A DNA stretch of 64,000 nucleotides from Heterodontus francisci (GCF_036365525.1 NC_090413.1:26226142-26290141), one strand, 5' to 3'. Positions 20,552-34,940 are shown, counted from the first letter of the stretch. Numbers and translations: made by a program. Notes: a model not told the origin generated them from the letters alone.

Positions 20552-23500
20552 TGTTCGTCGTAACCTGACACCCTGGTTCGGATAATTAATCTGAGTTTTG
20601 CAGTTTTATTTTTGACCCTTTGATGTATTGCTTTTGTCTCACAGATCCTCCTGTGTATTTAACATATCGAACTGTAACTATGCTTCTGAGACCCATTTCA
20701 TTGGCATTAGAATCATAGAAAGTTTAAGGCACAGAAAGAGGCCACTTGGCCCATCGTGTCAGTGCTGGCCGAAAAACGATCCACCTATTCTAATCCCACC
20801 TTCCAGCATTTGGTCCGTAGCCCTGCAGATTACGGCACTTGAGGTGCACATCCAGACTCCTTTTAAATAAGTTGGGGGTCTCTGCCTCAACTACCCTTTC
20901 AGGCAGTGAGTCCAGACCCCCACCACCCTCTGGGTGAAAAAGCTTTTCCTCATCTCCCCTCTAACTTTTCTACCAATCTCTTTAAATCGATGCATTCTGT
21001 GCAGTCCATCAGCACAGAGAGAGCAGTCATCTCGGAGAGGTCTGTTGGGATACCACACAAGGCAGCCTTGAAAGCAGCTCATTTTAAAAGTGTGGCAGTA
21101 GGACCCATTTGGATCGATTCTGTTTTTTGCTTTCGGTCCAAGTCCATCCCTGTGAATGGGAGTTTGCTAGCAGAGAACTCTGGTCTGTATTTTGCTGAAA
21201 GCCTTCCATTGAGTTAAACACTTGTTTGAAAATGGAACTGTGCCTCACTGGAACTCTGCCTGTGAGCTGCTCCACAGAACTTCAATGAGGTATCTTTGTG
21301 CAGAGTGAGCAGATCAAAACAGCATAATTGCAAATGGGAGGTGCGATAAGATAGTCCTGTTATCGTTCTGAACTGCCCCCAGGTTTTGGGGAATACCAAC
21401 AGACCATTAAAAGAAATTGCTTCCAGAAAAAAACACTTCAGTTCGTAGTTTGGATGCCGCAAGAGTGAAGCAGTTCTTAAGATATGTTGCAGAACTGGTG
21501 AGTTGTTAGATCCTTAGCTTCCCTTAGTTTAAATAGTGTTCCACTTGAAAACTTCAGAGCTCCGTTTCAGGGCAGAAAGCTGAATTTGATGCATGTTTGA
21601 GGTACTTTACTGTCTGGTTTTCTTGATTCTTAATTTACATATGTAGTGATGACAGAAATATAACTGCTGTCATTGTACTTTTATGTCAAATCCTGGAACT
21701 CTCCATTTAAGACAAAGTGAGCATGGGCATGAAATCAACCATGAAATGCAAAACCCTCTACATTTCAAAAGAAGACCACTCCAAGGGTTGAAACAATGGG
21801 GCATTTTATCCCTCGAGTGATTTATTTTGTGTGTGTGTGCCTTGTTGCAGAATTGTGCACTATACTGCCTCAGTTGTCAGGTCTGCCGGGGGCTTTTGAT
21901 TGGTGCTGCTTAGATCAGGAGACTGGTGCTAAAAGATCAGGCTGAGTGGGTGGGAACTAAACTGCTAAAGAATATGGTTAAAAATGGGAAATGAATCATG
22001 ACATCGGGAGTCTGACACAGCTTCAGCTGGTTAATGGTACCAGGGAAGAGGAGATTCGGTTATGGGGAGAGACTAGAGAAATTGGGATTGTTCTCCTCAG
22101 TTGAGATGGTTAACTGGAGATTTATCAGAGGGGGTTTGATTGAATGAGTAAATAAGGCAAAACTGTTTCTGGTAGCAGGAAGATTGGTAACCAGAGGACA
22201 CAAGTTTAAGGTGATTGGTAAAAGAACCAGAGGGAGATGAGTAGAATTTCTTTGCATAGTGAGTTGTTGTGATCTGAAATGTGCTGCCTGAAAGGGGGCT
22301 GAAAGCAAATTTGGTAGTAACTTTCAAAAGGGAGTTGGATAAATACTTGAAAAATAAAGCATTTGCAGGGCTGTGGGGAAAGAGCAGGGTCGTTGGACTA
22401 ATGAGATGGCTCTTTCAGAGAGCTGCCAATGGGCTGAATGGCCTCCTGAGTAATAATTTCCATCTTCCAGCTGTTTTTTTTGAAAAAAAAATATAGAATT
22501 CTGAATGCTGAGGTCAACAACAACTTATATTTATATAGCACCCTTAATGTAATTAAATATCTCAAGGCACTTCACAGGAGCGTTGTAATACAAAATGACA
22601 CCAATCCACATGAGATATTAGATCAGATGACCAAAAGCTCGATCAAAGAGGTAGACTTCTAATCAACTAGAGACACGTACTGTTATAGATTTCTATTGTG
22701 GAGTATATTATTTTAAATATTTTGAATGCTTCATTTGAATATTGTGGATATTCCATGCCAAAGAGTTCCATGTCTATAATAATCTCCTTCAGTGACATGA
22801 GTGTTGTCCCTTGCTTTGTAGTAAAGTATTTTCAGTTGGGGGAAGTATTGCCACTGATGTTGCTGGTATTGGTGGGAATGGTTTGATGGGGGCTCAGCTA
22901 ACAACACCAGAATACCATGGCAGCATTACAGCGAATTGACCAAATAGGTCATTTCCCTCCAGCCTATTGCTATTAATGAGTTAAGTAATTGGGTTTCTTG
23001 GTGCTTTGTTACAGTGCTGTTCTTTCTTTTCCCACTGCTCCAACCATCTCTTGAACAAACTTAACAGGTTTTGGATGTATGCAAGTTCTTCCACCCCACC
23101 AACCAAATATAGAAACTATACAAAGTGCAGTGCTCCCCTTTTCTGCGCCTGAACTGTGTGGTGTATCTGGTCGGTTGGTGCTTTTACTGGGTTAAGTGAT
23201 CTGCCAGTGAGGATTCTTTTTAGATCAGTGTTAAAGCAGATCCATGAGTTGCTTTTGGATTCTGGAGTTGCTGTTTTAACTGATAACTTGTTCATTAGTT
23301 CTACAGCTTTCAACTAACAGCACGTTCTAGCAGCATAGAAATTACACAGAAACAAACCGTTCAGCCCAGCCATCCGGTGTTGATATTTCTGTTCTACGTG
23401 AGCAGAAATCCTAATCCTGCTGTACCCATATTCCTTACTTTGCTTTTTCTTCGGCAACCTATCTAGTTTTATTCTTGCATGTTGCTCTGCTTCAATTACA

Positions 23501-23824
23501 ATCTTTAATAATACACTCCAAAGCCTCAAAAATTGTATAAGTACAAAAAAAACTGTTTCGACTGCTCTCCGTCCCAAAACTCTTGTTTTAATCTTCTATC
23601 CCCTGTCGTAGAATGAGAATGAACAGCTTGTGCCGTTGAATGCTATCCGTTCTAAAAGTTGAGTGCAGTTTGCATCACCATCCCCAAGTGACTCTGTTTA
23701 CTGGGAGAGATGAATATCTCAAATGGAAGTTTGGGGAACAGCATCTGAATTTCCTTCCCATCCCTCCAAACATAGTTGAGCTAAACCCATGTAATAATGT
23801 ACATTATGCATTGCTGAAAGCAAG

Positions 23825-24260
23825 AAGCACGAAAGACTTGCATTTCTATAGCACCGTTTGCAACCTCAGGAAGCCCCAAATAGTTTAACCTTAAATCAAG
23901 TACTATTATTGAAGTGTAATCACTGTTGTAATATAGGAAACACTGCAGCCAATGTAAGCTCCCACAAAAAGCAATGAGATAATGACCAGTTCATATATTT
24001 TAGTGATGCAGGTTGCAAGGTAAATATTGGCCAGGACACTGGGGGGATCTCCCTTGTGCTCCTTCGGAATAGTGCCATGGGATCCTTGATGTCCACCTGA
24101 GAGGCAGACAGAGCTTTAGTTTAATGTTTGATCTGGAGGACGGCACCTCTGATAGAGCAGCACTCCCTCAGTATTGCACTGAAGTGGTGGGTTACATTTT
24201 GGGCTCAAGTCTCATACCCGTCTCACTCAGACGTGAGAGTGTTATGCACTGAGACACAGC
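23825..24260 (-). mobile_element. Deu-domain-type tRNA-derived SINE
   Basis: Reverse complement of the same family. More degenerate copies at about 31780-32100, 34970-35250 and 49100-49300. Confidence 0.75.
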
Positions 24261-24724
24261 TGCTACCTCTAGGCTAAGGAGAACAAGTAGGGATTTCAAC
24301 TAGTATCAGGACTAGGGCAATACTGTTCCAAAGGGTGCTAGACCATTTCTGCCTAGCCATAATTCTACAGCTATCAGTTAAAGGAACAAGATAAAACTTT
24401 ATTGCAAAGTGTCTTCCCTCTGCCAAAATCTCTGTTTTTAGCTAGGTTACGATAAGGAAAGCAATTGCACAATGCGGTCAGTTTTGTGAATTTTAGTTAA
24501 GCATTCTACCGTAGAAGGTTCTGTATGTTCAGTCATTGAGTATGTTCAAGTCAGAGATTGATAGATTTTTAGATACTGAGGGAATCGAGGTTTATGGAAA
24601 TAATGCGAGAAGATGTAGCTGAGGTAGAAGGTCATCCATGATTTTATTGGCTGACCACGTTCAAAGAGCTGGCTGGCCAACTCCTAATTCTTATGCTATC
24701 CAACTCATTCTGTAGCATTCACAT

Positions 24725-27700
24725 TTTTTTTTGTTCTTTCCTGGGATGTGGGCTTCACTGGCTAGGCCAGCATTTATTGCCCATCCCTAATTGCCCTTGA
24801 GAAGGTGGTAGTGAGCTGCCTTCTTGAACCGCTGCAGTCCATGTGGGGTTCCAGGATTTTGCCCCAGCGGCAGTGAAGGAACAGCGATATACTTCCAAGT
24901 CAAGGGATATAGAGGATTGGATAAGGGGAAATAAAGGAGGCTTATAGCAGATTCAGAGGGCTGAAATCAGCGGAGACCCTAGAGGAGTATAGAAAGTGTA
25001 GGGGGGTACTTAAAAAAGTAATTAGGAGAGCGAAGAGGGGGCATGAAAAAAACACTGGCGGGCAAGATATAGGAAAATCCCAAGGCGTTTTATAAGTATA
25101 TTAAGGGCAAGAGGACAACCAGGGAAAGAGTAGGGCCATTAGGGTTAGGGACCAAAGTGGCAATATGTATGTGTAGCCGGAGGATGTAGGTGAAGTTTTA
25201 AATGATTACATTTCTTCTGTGTTCATTTTGGAGAAGGATGATGTAGGTGTGGAGATCAGGGAGGGGGATTGTGATATACTTGAACAAATTAGCATTGAAA
25301 GGGAGGAGGTTTTAGCGGGCTAAAAAGTGGCTAAATCCCCAGGCCCAGATGAGGTGTATCCCAGGCTGCTATGTGAGGCAAGGGAGGAGATTGCAGGGGC
25401 TCTGACACAAATTTTCAAATCCTGTCTGGCCACAGGAGAGGTACCAGAGGACTGGAGAACAGCGAATGTGGTACCATTGTTCAAGAAGGGTAGCAGGAAT
25501 AAACCAGGTTATTACAGGCCAGTGAGTCTAACATCAGTGGCAGGGAAACTATTGGACAAAGTTCTGAGGGACAAGATTAATCTCCACTTGGAGAGGCAGG
25601 AATTAGTCAGCGTGGCTTTGTCAGGGGGCGATCATGTCTAACAAATTTGATTGAGTTTTTCGAGGAGGTGACTAGTTGTGTAGATGAGGGTAAAGCAGTT
25701 GATGTAGTCTACATGGACTTCAGTAAGGCTTTTGATAAGGTCCCTCATAGGAGATTGGACAAGAAGGTAAGAGCCCAAGGATCCAGGGCAAATTGGATCC
25801 AAAATTGGTTTAGTGGCAGGAGGCAGAGGGTGATGGTCGAGGGTTGGTTTTAGCAATTGGAAGCCTGTGACCATTGGTGTACCACAGGGATCGGTGCTGG
25901 AATCCTTGTAGTGTACATTAATGATTTAGACGTGAATATAGCAGGTGTGATCAGTAAGCTCGCAGATAACATGAAAATTGGTAGTGTCGTAAATAGTGAG
26001 GAGGAAAGTCTTACATTACAGGACGATAGAGATGGGCTGGTAAGATGGGCAGAGCAGTGGCAAATGGAATTTAATCCTGAGAAGTGTGAGCTGATGCATT
26101 TTGGAAGGACTAACAAGGCAAGGGAATATACAATGGATGGTCGGACCCTAGGAAGTACAGAGGGACCTTGGTGTACTTGTCCATAGATCACTGAACGCAG
26201 CAGCGCAGGTAGATAAGGTGGTTAGGAAGGCATATGGGATACTTGCCTTTATTAGCTGAGCCATAGAATATAGGAGCAAGGTGATTGTGATGGAGATGTA
26301 TAAAATGCTAGTTAAGCACAGCTGGAGTACTGTGTACAGTTCTGGTCGCCACACTATAGGAAGGATGTGATTGCACTGGAGAGGGTGCGGAGGAGATTCA
26401 TTAGGATGTTGCTTGGGTTGGAGAATTTCAGCAATGCACAGAGACTGGATAGGCTAGGGTTGTTTTCCTTGGAGCAGAGAAGGCTGAGGGGGGACCTGAT
26501 TGAGGTAAACAAAATTATGAGGGGCATAGATAGGGTAGATAGGAAGAAACTGTTTCCCTTAGCAGAGGGGTCAATAACCAGAGGGCATAGCTTTAAGGTA
26601 AGGGGCAAGAGGTTTAGAGGGGATTTGAGGAAAAATATTTTCACCCAGAGGGTGGTTAGAATCTGGAAAACAATGCCAGAAAGGGTGGTAGAGGCAGGAA
26701 CTCTCAACAGTTAAGTATTTAGAAGAGCACTTGAAATACCGTAGCAGACAAGGCTACAAGTGCTGGAAAATGGGATTAGAATAGATAGGCACAGACGCAA
26801 AGGGCCGAAGGACCTGTTTCTTTGCTGTATAACTCTATGACTCTAATTCAGGATGGTTTATGGCTTGGAGGGGAACTTGCAGGTGGTGGTGTTACCATGA
26901 ATCTGCTGCCCTTGTCCTTTTAGGTGATAGAGGTCGTGGTCTTGGAAGGTGCTGTCTAAGGAGTGTTGCTGTATTGCTGCAGTGCATCTTGTAGATGGTA
27001 CACACTGCTACCACTGTGTGTCAGTTGAGGGAGTGAATGTTTGTGGTGCCAATGGAGTGGGCTGCTTTGTCCTGGATGGTGCCAAGCTTCTTGAGTGTTA
27101 TTGGAGCTGCATCCATCCAGGCAAGTGGAGTGTATTCCATCACACTCCTGACTTGTGCCTTGTAGATGGTGGACAGGCTTTGGGGAGTCAGGAGGTGAGT
27201 TATTCGCCGCAGGATTCCGAGCCTCTGACCTGCACTTGTAGCCACAGTATTTATATGGCTACTTCAGTTCAGTTTCTGGTCAATGTTAACTCCCAGGATG
27301 TTGATAGTGGGGGATTCAGCGATTGCAATGACATTGAACATCAAGGGGAGATGGTTAGATTCTCTCTTGTTGGAGATGGTCATTGCCTGGCACTTGTGTG
27401 GCGCGAATGTTATTTGCCACTTATCAGCCCAAGACTGAATATTGTCCAGGTCTTTCTGTATTTCTACACAGACTGCTTCGGTATCTGAGGAGTCGCGAAT
27501 GGTGCTGAACATTGTGCAATCATCAGTGAACATCCCCACTTCTGACCTTATGATTGAAGGAAGGTCATTGATGAAGCAGCTGAAGATGGTTGGGCTGAGG
27601 ACACTACCCTGAGGAACTCCTGCAGTGATGTCCTGGAGCTCAGATGATTGACCTTGAACAATCACAACCATCTTCCTTTGTGCTAGATACGACTCCATCC

Positions 27701-28810
27701 AGCAGAGAGTTTTCCTCCTGATTCCCATTGACTCCAATTTTGCTAGGGTTCCTTGATTCCATACTCAGTCAAATGCTGTCTTGATGTCAAGAGCAATCAC
27801 TCTCACCTCACCTCTTGAGTTCAGCTCTTTTGTCCATGTTTGAACTAAGGCTGTAATGAGGTCTGGAGCAGAGTGGCTCTGGCAGAACTCAAACTGAGCG
27901 TCAGTGAGCAGGTTATTGCTAAGCAATTGCCGCTGTATACTATCAACGACACCTTCCGTCACTTTACTGATGGTTGAAAGTAGACTGATGGGGTGGCAAT
28001 TGGCTGGGTTGAACTTGTCCTGCTTTTTGTGTACAGGACATAACTGGGCAATTTTCCACATTGCAGGGTAGATGCCAGTGTTGTAGCTGTACTGGAACAG
28101 CTTGGCTAGGGACGCGGCAAGTTCTGGAGCACGGGTCTTCAGTACTATTGCCGGAATGTTGTCAGGCCCCATAGCCTTTGCAGTATCCAGTGCCTTCAGT
28201 TGTTTGTTGATATCACGCGGAGTGAATCGAATTGGCTGAGGTCTGACATCTGTAATGCTGGGGACTTCAGGAGAAGGCCGAGTTGGATCAGCAACTCTGC
28301 ATTTCTGGTTGAATGCTTCAGCCTTACCTTTCACACTGATGTGCTGGGCTTCCCTATCGTTGAGGATGGGGATGTTTGTGGACCCACATCCTCCAGTAAG
28401 TTGTTTTAATTGTCCACCACCATTCACGACTGGATGTGGCAGGAGTTTAGATCTGATCCGTTGGTTATGGGATTGCTTAGCTCTGTCCATCGCATGCTGC
28501 TTACGCTGTTTGGCATGCAAGTAGTCCTGGGTTGTCGCTTCACCAGGTTGACACCTCATTTTGAGGTAATGCCTGGTGTTGCTCCTGGCATGTCCTCCTG
28601 CACTCTTCATTGAACCAGGGTTGGTTCCCCGGCTTGTTGGTAATGGTACAGTGGGGAATATGCCAGGCCATGAGGTTACAGATTGTGTTTGAGTACAATT
28701 CTGCTGCTGCTGATGGCCCACAGCGCCTCATTAATGCCCAGTTTTGCATTGCTAGATCTGTTTGAAATCTGTCCCATTTAGCACGGTGGTAGTGCCACAC
28801 AACACGATGA
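24725..28810 (-). mobile_element. LINE family B (CR1-clade), split into 24725-24902 and 26845-28810
   Basis: GPDNIP, NCHPISLLS, LDIKTAFD, GVPQGSVL, MFTDD on the minus strand; the two pieces rejoin to the sequence seen intact at 50790-50830. Confidence 0.92.
24903..26844 (+). mobile_element. CR1 LINE family A, 5'-truncated, nested inside a family B LINE
   Basis: RT motifs as at 7.4 kb; tail aactctatgactct; flanked by aagtca / aattca (degenerate TSD). Confidence 0.95.
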
Positions 28811-29269
28811 ATCAATTCACATTAGCCTTGATTTCTACTGAGAGTGGGGGTGTAGGGAACCACTGCTCAAGGGGTCTCTGTGTAAGACCTAGAGCCTTTT
28901 TAACTCCCGGGCCTCATTTTAATAAGATAAGACAGTCTCCAAATCCAGCAGGACTGACTTCAGGGCCGGGAAATGGAGAACACAAAGGAATGGTCTCCAA
29001 TATAACTTCAGTGCCGGGAAAGGCCTTTAGCAGCCAATCCAGGCAGGAGAGGGAAAGGCAAGACTTGGACGGGGAAGGCCCAAGGACTCATTGCAAGGCC
29101 ATGATTTGGGCTTCTGCTTAAAATCGGTCCCTGTGTTCAGGTTGCATAATGTTCCAATTACAGCTTCACCTAGCAGTGTATGCTGTTGATCTCTGAATCT
29201 TTTTATTTCAGGTACTTTGTACAATTTAGCCACTCCTGCCCTGTTGGCTTATTTCCAGATTAGTTGCAT

Positions 29270-29545
29270 TTTTTTTCATTCGTGGGGTGTGGGCGTCGCT
29301 GGCTAGGCCAGCATTTATTGCCCATCCCTAATTGCCCTTGAGAAGATGGTGGTGAGCTGCTTTCTTGAACCGCTGCAGTCCATGGGAGGTAGTTACACCC
29401 ACAGTGCTGTTAGGAAGGGAGTTCCAGGATTTTAACCCAGTGACAGTGAAGGAATGGCGATTATAGTTCCAAGTCAGGATGGTGTGTGACTTGGAGGGGA
29501 TCTTTCAGGTGGTGGTGTTCCCATGCATTTGCTGCCCTTTTCCTT
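29270..29545 (-). mobile_element. LINE family B 3' fragment
   Basis: Matches the 3' 270 nt of the 50.6 kb copy. Confidence 0.85.
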
Positions 29546-29759
29546 CTTAGTTCTTGCACTTAGTTCCAACGAAAAACCTAATGTTACTCGAGCTGGCAAC
29601 CCTAATGTTAATCTCATTAATTAGCAACTGCTCCAATTACCAAATAACGGTTAACATTGGATTAAAGCATAATGGTTACATTTTGTGAAAATATCTGTTG
29701 TGTATTATTCTTAATTACATTGAACTTTCTTTTTATTTAACAGGCGATCTCTAGACAGG

Positions 29760-29926
29760 ATGCACAATGTGGCTAGTTGCAGTGCATCCCTGGGATCTCT
29801 GGGATTGATGCAACTCTTCGGGGTTTCCTGGACCTGGAGTATCGTTGCTAGCTTTGGCATTTATCTGGGAAGCGGAGGATGGAGGTTTATTCGAATAGTG
29901 TTAAAAACTGCCCCGAGAGATATCTT
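29760..29926 (+). CDS. SLC27A1: SLC27A1 coding exon 1 (N-terminal membrane anchor)
   Basis: Acceptor ttttatttaacag| before 29744, ATG 29760, MHNVASCSASLGSLGLMQLFGVSWTWSIVASFGIYLGSGGWRFIRIVLKTAPRDI, donor TT|gtaagt. Confidence 0.92.
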
Positions 29927-32677
29927 GTAAGTTACACTGTCTGAGTTTGTAGAGGGGTGTGTAATTGCCAGTATTGCATATCCTTCCATTCTCTTGACAA
30001 GACACTTAAGTTGGGTGTCCCTTCCTGGAACTGATTTTTATTTGTTCTGTCATGTCTACTTTGTTCCCTAGTTATTGGTCCTCACCTCTCCAAGCTCCTC
30101 TAGTGTTATCATAGAATGGTACAGCACAGAAGGAGGCCATTCAGCCCTTCATGTCTGTAGTGTACCAATTCTATGAAAGCTATCCAATTAGTCCCACTCC
30201 CCTGGTCTTTCCCCATAGTCCTGCAAAACGTACCTTGGTCTTTTCCTAATCTTGTTGCAACATTTAAAAAAAAATATTCCTTATCAGCTATCGTCATGGT
30301 CTATTGATTATGATTCCTAGATCAGTATCAAATTATAGATTCATACACTTTGGATGTTGTTCCCAAGGTTTAACTTTCAGATTGCCCAAACTAAGGGTGT
30401 TAAATGAATCCAGGTATTGGAGAGAAGGTCCTTTCATTTTTGTGGTTTTGTCTGGATTTAGACCCAGTGAAAGGACCCAAGTTCCAAGCTGACAGTACTC
30501 CATCTTAAATATTTGGAATGTAAATTGGAGTTACTAACTCCTTTGCTGTAAAAATCCTTTACTTAATTCCACTGGGGAGTTGTCTAAATGTGCTTTTTTT
30601 TTTAAACAAGATTAGAATGAATAAGGGTTAATCTTTTTTTAAATGCTCAAAGTGGGGTTACTGGTTCTGTGCACCTGCTTAATCTTAAACCTGGCAGGCC
30701 AGCTAACTAATCCCAAGAGTTTGACTCAACTTCTGACACACCCTCTTTGGATCTGTCTCCATGATGTGCAACTCACTGTGAGGTGAAGACAGACCCGCCA
30801 CCATTATGCAGAGCTAATATTTTAATAGTTGTGGTATTAACCCTTTCCTATTGAACCAACAGCACGTCTTCAAAAGGAACAGTCTGTTCATTGCTGTTAA
30901 CGCCATTCTGATCAAAATTATTTGCTACTGGGTGATTATCTCTTAAACACAATCACACCAATTAAAAAAACTTATTGCTCTCATTAGGAATGCTTGTTGT
31001 TCAATATTTCATTGAATTTCATGTTGATCAAATTGTTAAATTTATTGTAGGATTAGAAAGATTGACAAGATTGCGATATATTGTACTGAATCAGCATTAA
31101 TTATGGGATATTTCACAACACTCAAGTTATGCAACCCTCCCAAGAACTATGCACTCCTCCAATTCCTGGCTTCTTACATATCCTCCATGTCCTTGGCTCT
31201 ACCATGCCTTCATGCATCTTTGACCCTAAGCTCTGGAATTTCTTCTCCAAACCTGTCAGTGTCTCTCGCCTCCTTTAAAATGTTCCATAAAACCTAGCTC
31301 TTTAACCAAGCTTTTAATCATCCCTCCTAATGTCTTAATTTTTTGACTTGGTATTAACCTTTTAACAAAGCAAAAGCTAAACTCCGCAAATTCAGATACT
31401 GCTTTTAAGCCTGTCCAAATCAAATGCAGGTTGGACCCATTTCCCTCCTCCTGTGCCTCCTGTACCACGTTGCTGTGTATATTTTTATGTGATCACTTGG
31501 CCATATTGCCCTGCTCGAGAGACAGACTCTTGTCAATGCAGCCCAAATCCAGTATTATCTATTTTAGAATTCTTTTCTCACTTTTTGGTCCCATTCTCCT
31601 CTACAGTTTGAAAAGTTCCCTGAAGTTAAGTTAATTAGGAATGATCTTTCACTTTAGCAAAAAGTACCATTGGCGACAGCCTAGTGCAGCTGCAGAAAGC
31701 TACCTGACGACTCTAACAGACCTGTAGAGCATTCACGCTAAAGCATCAGTTTCTTGATTGCTTCCTTTGTAATTGACAGTAAAGAAAGAGCTTGAATTTA
31801 TAATGCACCTTATCGCATCCGCAGGGTGTCCCAAAGTGCTTCATAGCCAATCAGTTACTGTTGCCGGGTAGTAACTGAGCAAACAAGGCAACTGAGTAGT
31901 GGACAAGGTCTCTCAAGAGCAGCGAGTGAGATGAACAACCAGTTAAGCTGGTTTTTATGGTTTAAGGAGGAATGGTGGTTAGAACACCATGAGAAGTCAC
32001 CCTCGGATCTTTCATGTCCACCTGAACAGGGAGACGGAGCCTTGGTTTAAAAGTCTGGTCTGAAGGAACCTGCCTTCAAAATTGCAGCACTGCCTCAGAC
32101 TGCATCAATGGGATTATCTTGAGCTAGCTGGTTAAGGCATCAAGGCTCCATTATTCACTGCAAAAATGTGACTGGCCTCCTCCTATTCCCATGTTCCATT
32201 CCATGTTGTACACTGTGATGTGCACAACACCAAAGTCATAACTGTTTGCTATCTCAGTGTGATGAGGATTATTATTGAAAGCCATAATTAGCATCATTTT
32301 TTTACCTTGCACACTAAAATGAAGAAGCATTTTAAGTACTCTGATGTTGGGATAAGGCAGCTGATTTTAATAATGTAAACACTGGGTCTGCTGCACAGAT
32401 GCTGTGCTTTCTTAGCCCAAACCATTGAAACGCCAAATATAAAAATGCCTCAGGTTAAAGTTGTCCCGCTGTCCTTTCCTACGTGTGGCTTCACTTTTTT
32501 TTTTTGAAAGATCCTTTTACCATTATAGTTGATCCTAACCCGCACCAAATCCCGCTCACCCATCGCCTTGTGCACTCTGACAAATTGGCTTCAGGCCCAC
32601 CAAGCGCCTCATTTTCATCCTCATATTCAAAACGCTCTATGGCCTCGTACCTCCCTATTTTTGTAACCACGGCCAGC

Positions 32678-33013
32678 TAAAGGCCTGCTCGGGTCTGCAA
32701 ATGAGACCTGACCCGAGCCCGACAGCACCCCATCCAATGCCAAACCCAACCCAGACGAGACCTTCCATTTTTACCCGCCCCAACCATCAGTTAACTTACC
32801 TTCCGTTTTTCAATTTGTTCCTAACCTGCACAAGCTTAATATAACTGTAACAAAACCACCTTTAAAGTCCAAAAAGTAAATTAACATTAGAGTCACTTAC
32901 CTGAGGTGGTGATAGAGCGTGTCTGACCCGACCCGAATGCCAGACCCAGAAGTGCAACCTGAACCCGCCACATGTCGGGTCCCGTTGGGTCCGTGTCGGG
33001 TAGCAGGCCTTTG
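32678..33013. mobile_element. hAT-superfamily MITE (copy 1), inserted in an L2 relic (about 32540-33290)
   Basis: TIRs TAAAGGCCTGCT / AGCAGGCCTTTG, 8-bp TSD cggccagc / cggccaac, subterminal ACCCGA-type repeats. Confidence 0.88.
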
Positions 33014-34545
33014 CGGCCAACCCCACAACCCTCCCGAGATCTCTTTGTTCCTCCGACTTTGGCTTCTTGCATGTCCCCAACACCCTTTGCCCCACCATTG
33101 GTGGCTGTGCCTTGAGCACCTGAGCCCTAAGCTCTGGAATTACCTCCCTGAACCCCTCTCTCTCTCTTTTGAGATACTCATTAAAAGGTACATCTTTGGC
33201 CAAGCTTTCAGTCACCCCTCCTAATATCTGCTGTATTGGCTCGGTTTCATTTTTTTGCCTGATTTATGCTCTTGTGAAGCGCCTTAGGCGGGGGTTAGGT
33301 AGGTCAATCATTGGAATGGTTTGTTCACAGTCAGTGCAGCAACCAGCCATTGGAAAGGTCTTGTAGCGAAACTGTGATTAAAAATCTAATCTGGTCAATG
33401 GCATCTTGCCAGAAGAAGCTTATGAGCAGAAAACAACTTTTTAAAAATGAATAAACTTATTGACCTTTCCTAACAAGGCTACAGGTTCCAACCAAAGGCT
33501 ACGCAAGTTCATGTCATTTAGAGTTCACTCGGACATGCATCCTCTCCTAACGGCTCATGAATTAAGAGCCATTGTTGTTGAGAAGCAAGCAGTGGGTTTA
33601 AGTGCAGCACTGCGCAGATTTTCCTGGTGTGTTGCCAGCAAACCTCTGCCAGCAGCGCTCAGCTGAAACCGCATCGCTTATAACATTGTTTCAGATTGTT
33701 AGAGTGGCTTATGATGAGTTGCTGCCTTATCTTTGTCTTGTAGTATGCATGGACAAAACTTTTAAAAGTTAAGAAACTTTGGTGACGGGCCAAGGCTTTG
33801 GTGCAGGACTGAGGTTGGAAAGAGTAGCAGGGATTGGTTACATAAAGAAGATCATGGCTTGTATTCCCTTGTGTATATCAAAGACTGAGAGGTGATCTGG
33901 TGAGATGTTAAACAGATTTGCTCAGGTGGAGAAATTATTTCCTCTGGTGAGGGTATGAAGGGAAAGGGGACATCATCTTAAAATTGGAGCCAGGCCATTC
34001 AGGAGTGAAATCAGGAAGTACTTTTCCCACACATCTCAGTAGAAATCTGCAACTCTCTCCCACAAAGGCTGGGACAGTAGGAGCATTCAAGACTGAGATC
34101 ATCAGATTTTTGTTGGTTAATAGTTATGAAGCTGCGAAAGATAAATTTAAGGTGCAGGTCAGCCATCAGCTCATTGGTGGCACAGGCTCAAGAGGGTGAA
34201 TGGCCTACTCCGGCTCTATATGTTCTGAAGTAATGGTCTGAGACTAGATTGAGCCAAGGATCTTCCAGGTCTCTGCTCAGTAGAGACCTCAGCAGAGCGA
34301 GGATGGAGGGGAAAGGAGCAACATGTCGATGCGATTTATACCTGTAGTGCCCCTTCATAAAGTGACAGTGAAAGATTGACATCGGAAACCAGGGTAATCT
34401 TTCAGGAATTCTCAGCAGGTTAGAACTGTAAATCATGTTTCTGACTTGAGTACCCATTGGTTCTTTGTGATTTCACAAGTTCAGTGGAGAATGAAATCAG
34501 AACAAAATTGATGACCTGTGATTTTTTTTTTTTCCTTTTCCACAG

Positions 34546-34940
34546 TGGACTGTTCTTGCTGCTGCGGGTTAAGTTAGCTGTGTGGAAACACCAGCGGGAA
34601 GATAGCACCATCCCGCAGATCTTTCAAGAGACAGCGCGGAGACACCCAGATAAAGTAGCCCTCATTTATGAAGGAGTCGATGAAAAGTGGACCTTCAGGG
34701 AACTCGACGAGTACTCCAATGCAGTGGGCAACTTCCTGCATGAGCAGGGCTATGGGCCGGGTGACGTCATTGCATTGTTTATGGAGAGCAGGCCTGAGTT
34801 CGTTGGCTTGTGGCTCGGCATGGCAAAAATTGGCGTGGAGGCTGCCTTGCTCAACTTTAATCTTCGCCTGGACGCGCTTACTCATTGCCTATCCGTGTCA
34901 GGAGCCAAAGCTGTCATCTTTGGAGCAGAGATGAGTGACG
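34546..34940 (+). CDS. SLC27A1: SLC27A1 coding exon 2
   Basis: ttttccacag| ... GACG|gtgagt; [19 protein letters not shown]...[19 protein letters not shown]. Confidence 0.96.

Noticed and set aside
19852-20568. Pro-rich and Gly-rich ORFs (extensin/formin-like)
   Set aside because: Translation artefacts of the C-rich tract, open in all six frames.
20990-21600. Hidden coding exon in SLC27A1 intron 1
   Set aside because: Unique-looking sequence, but only short ORFs with no recognisable motif or paired splice sites; could be regulatory but unsupported.
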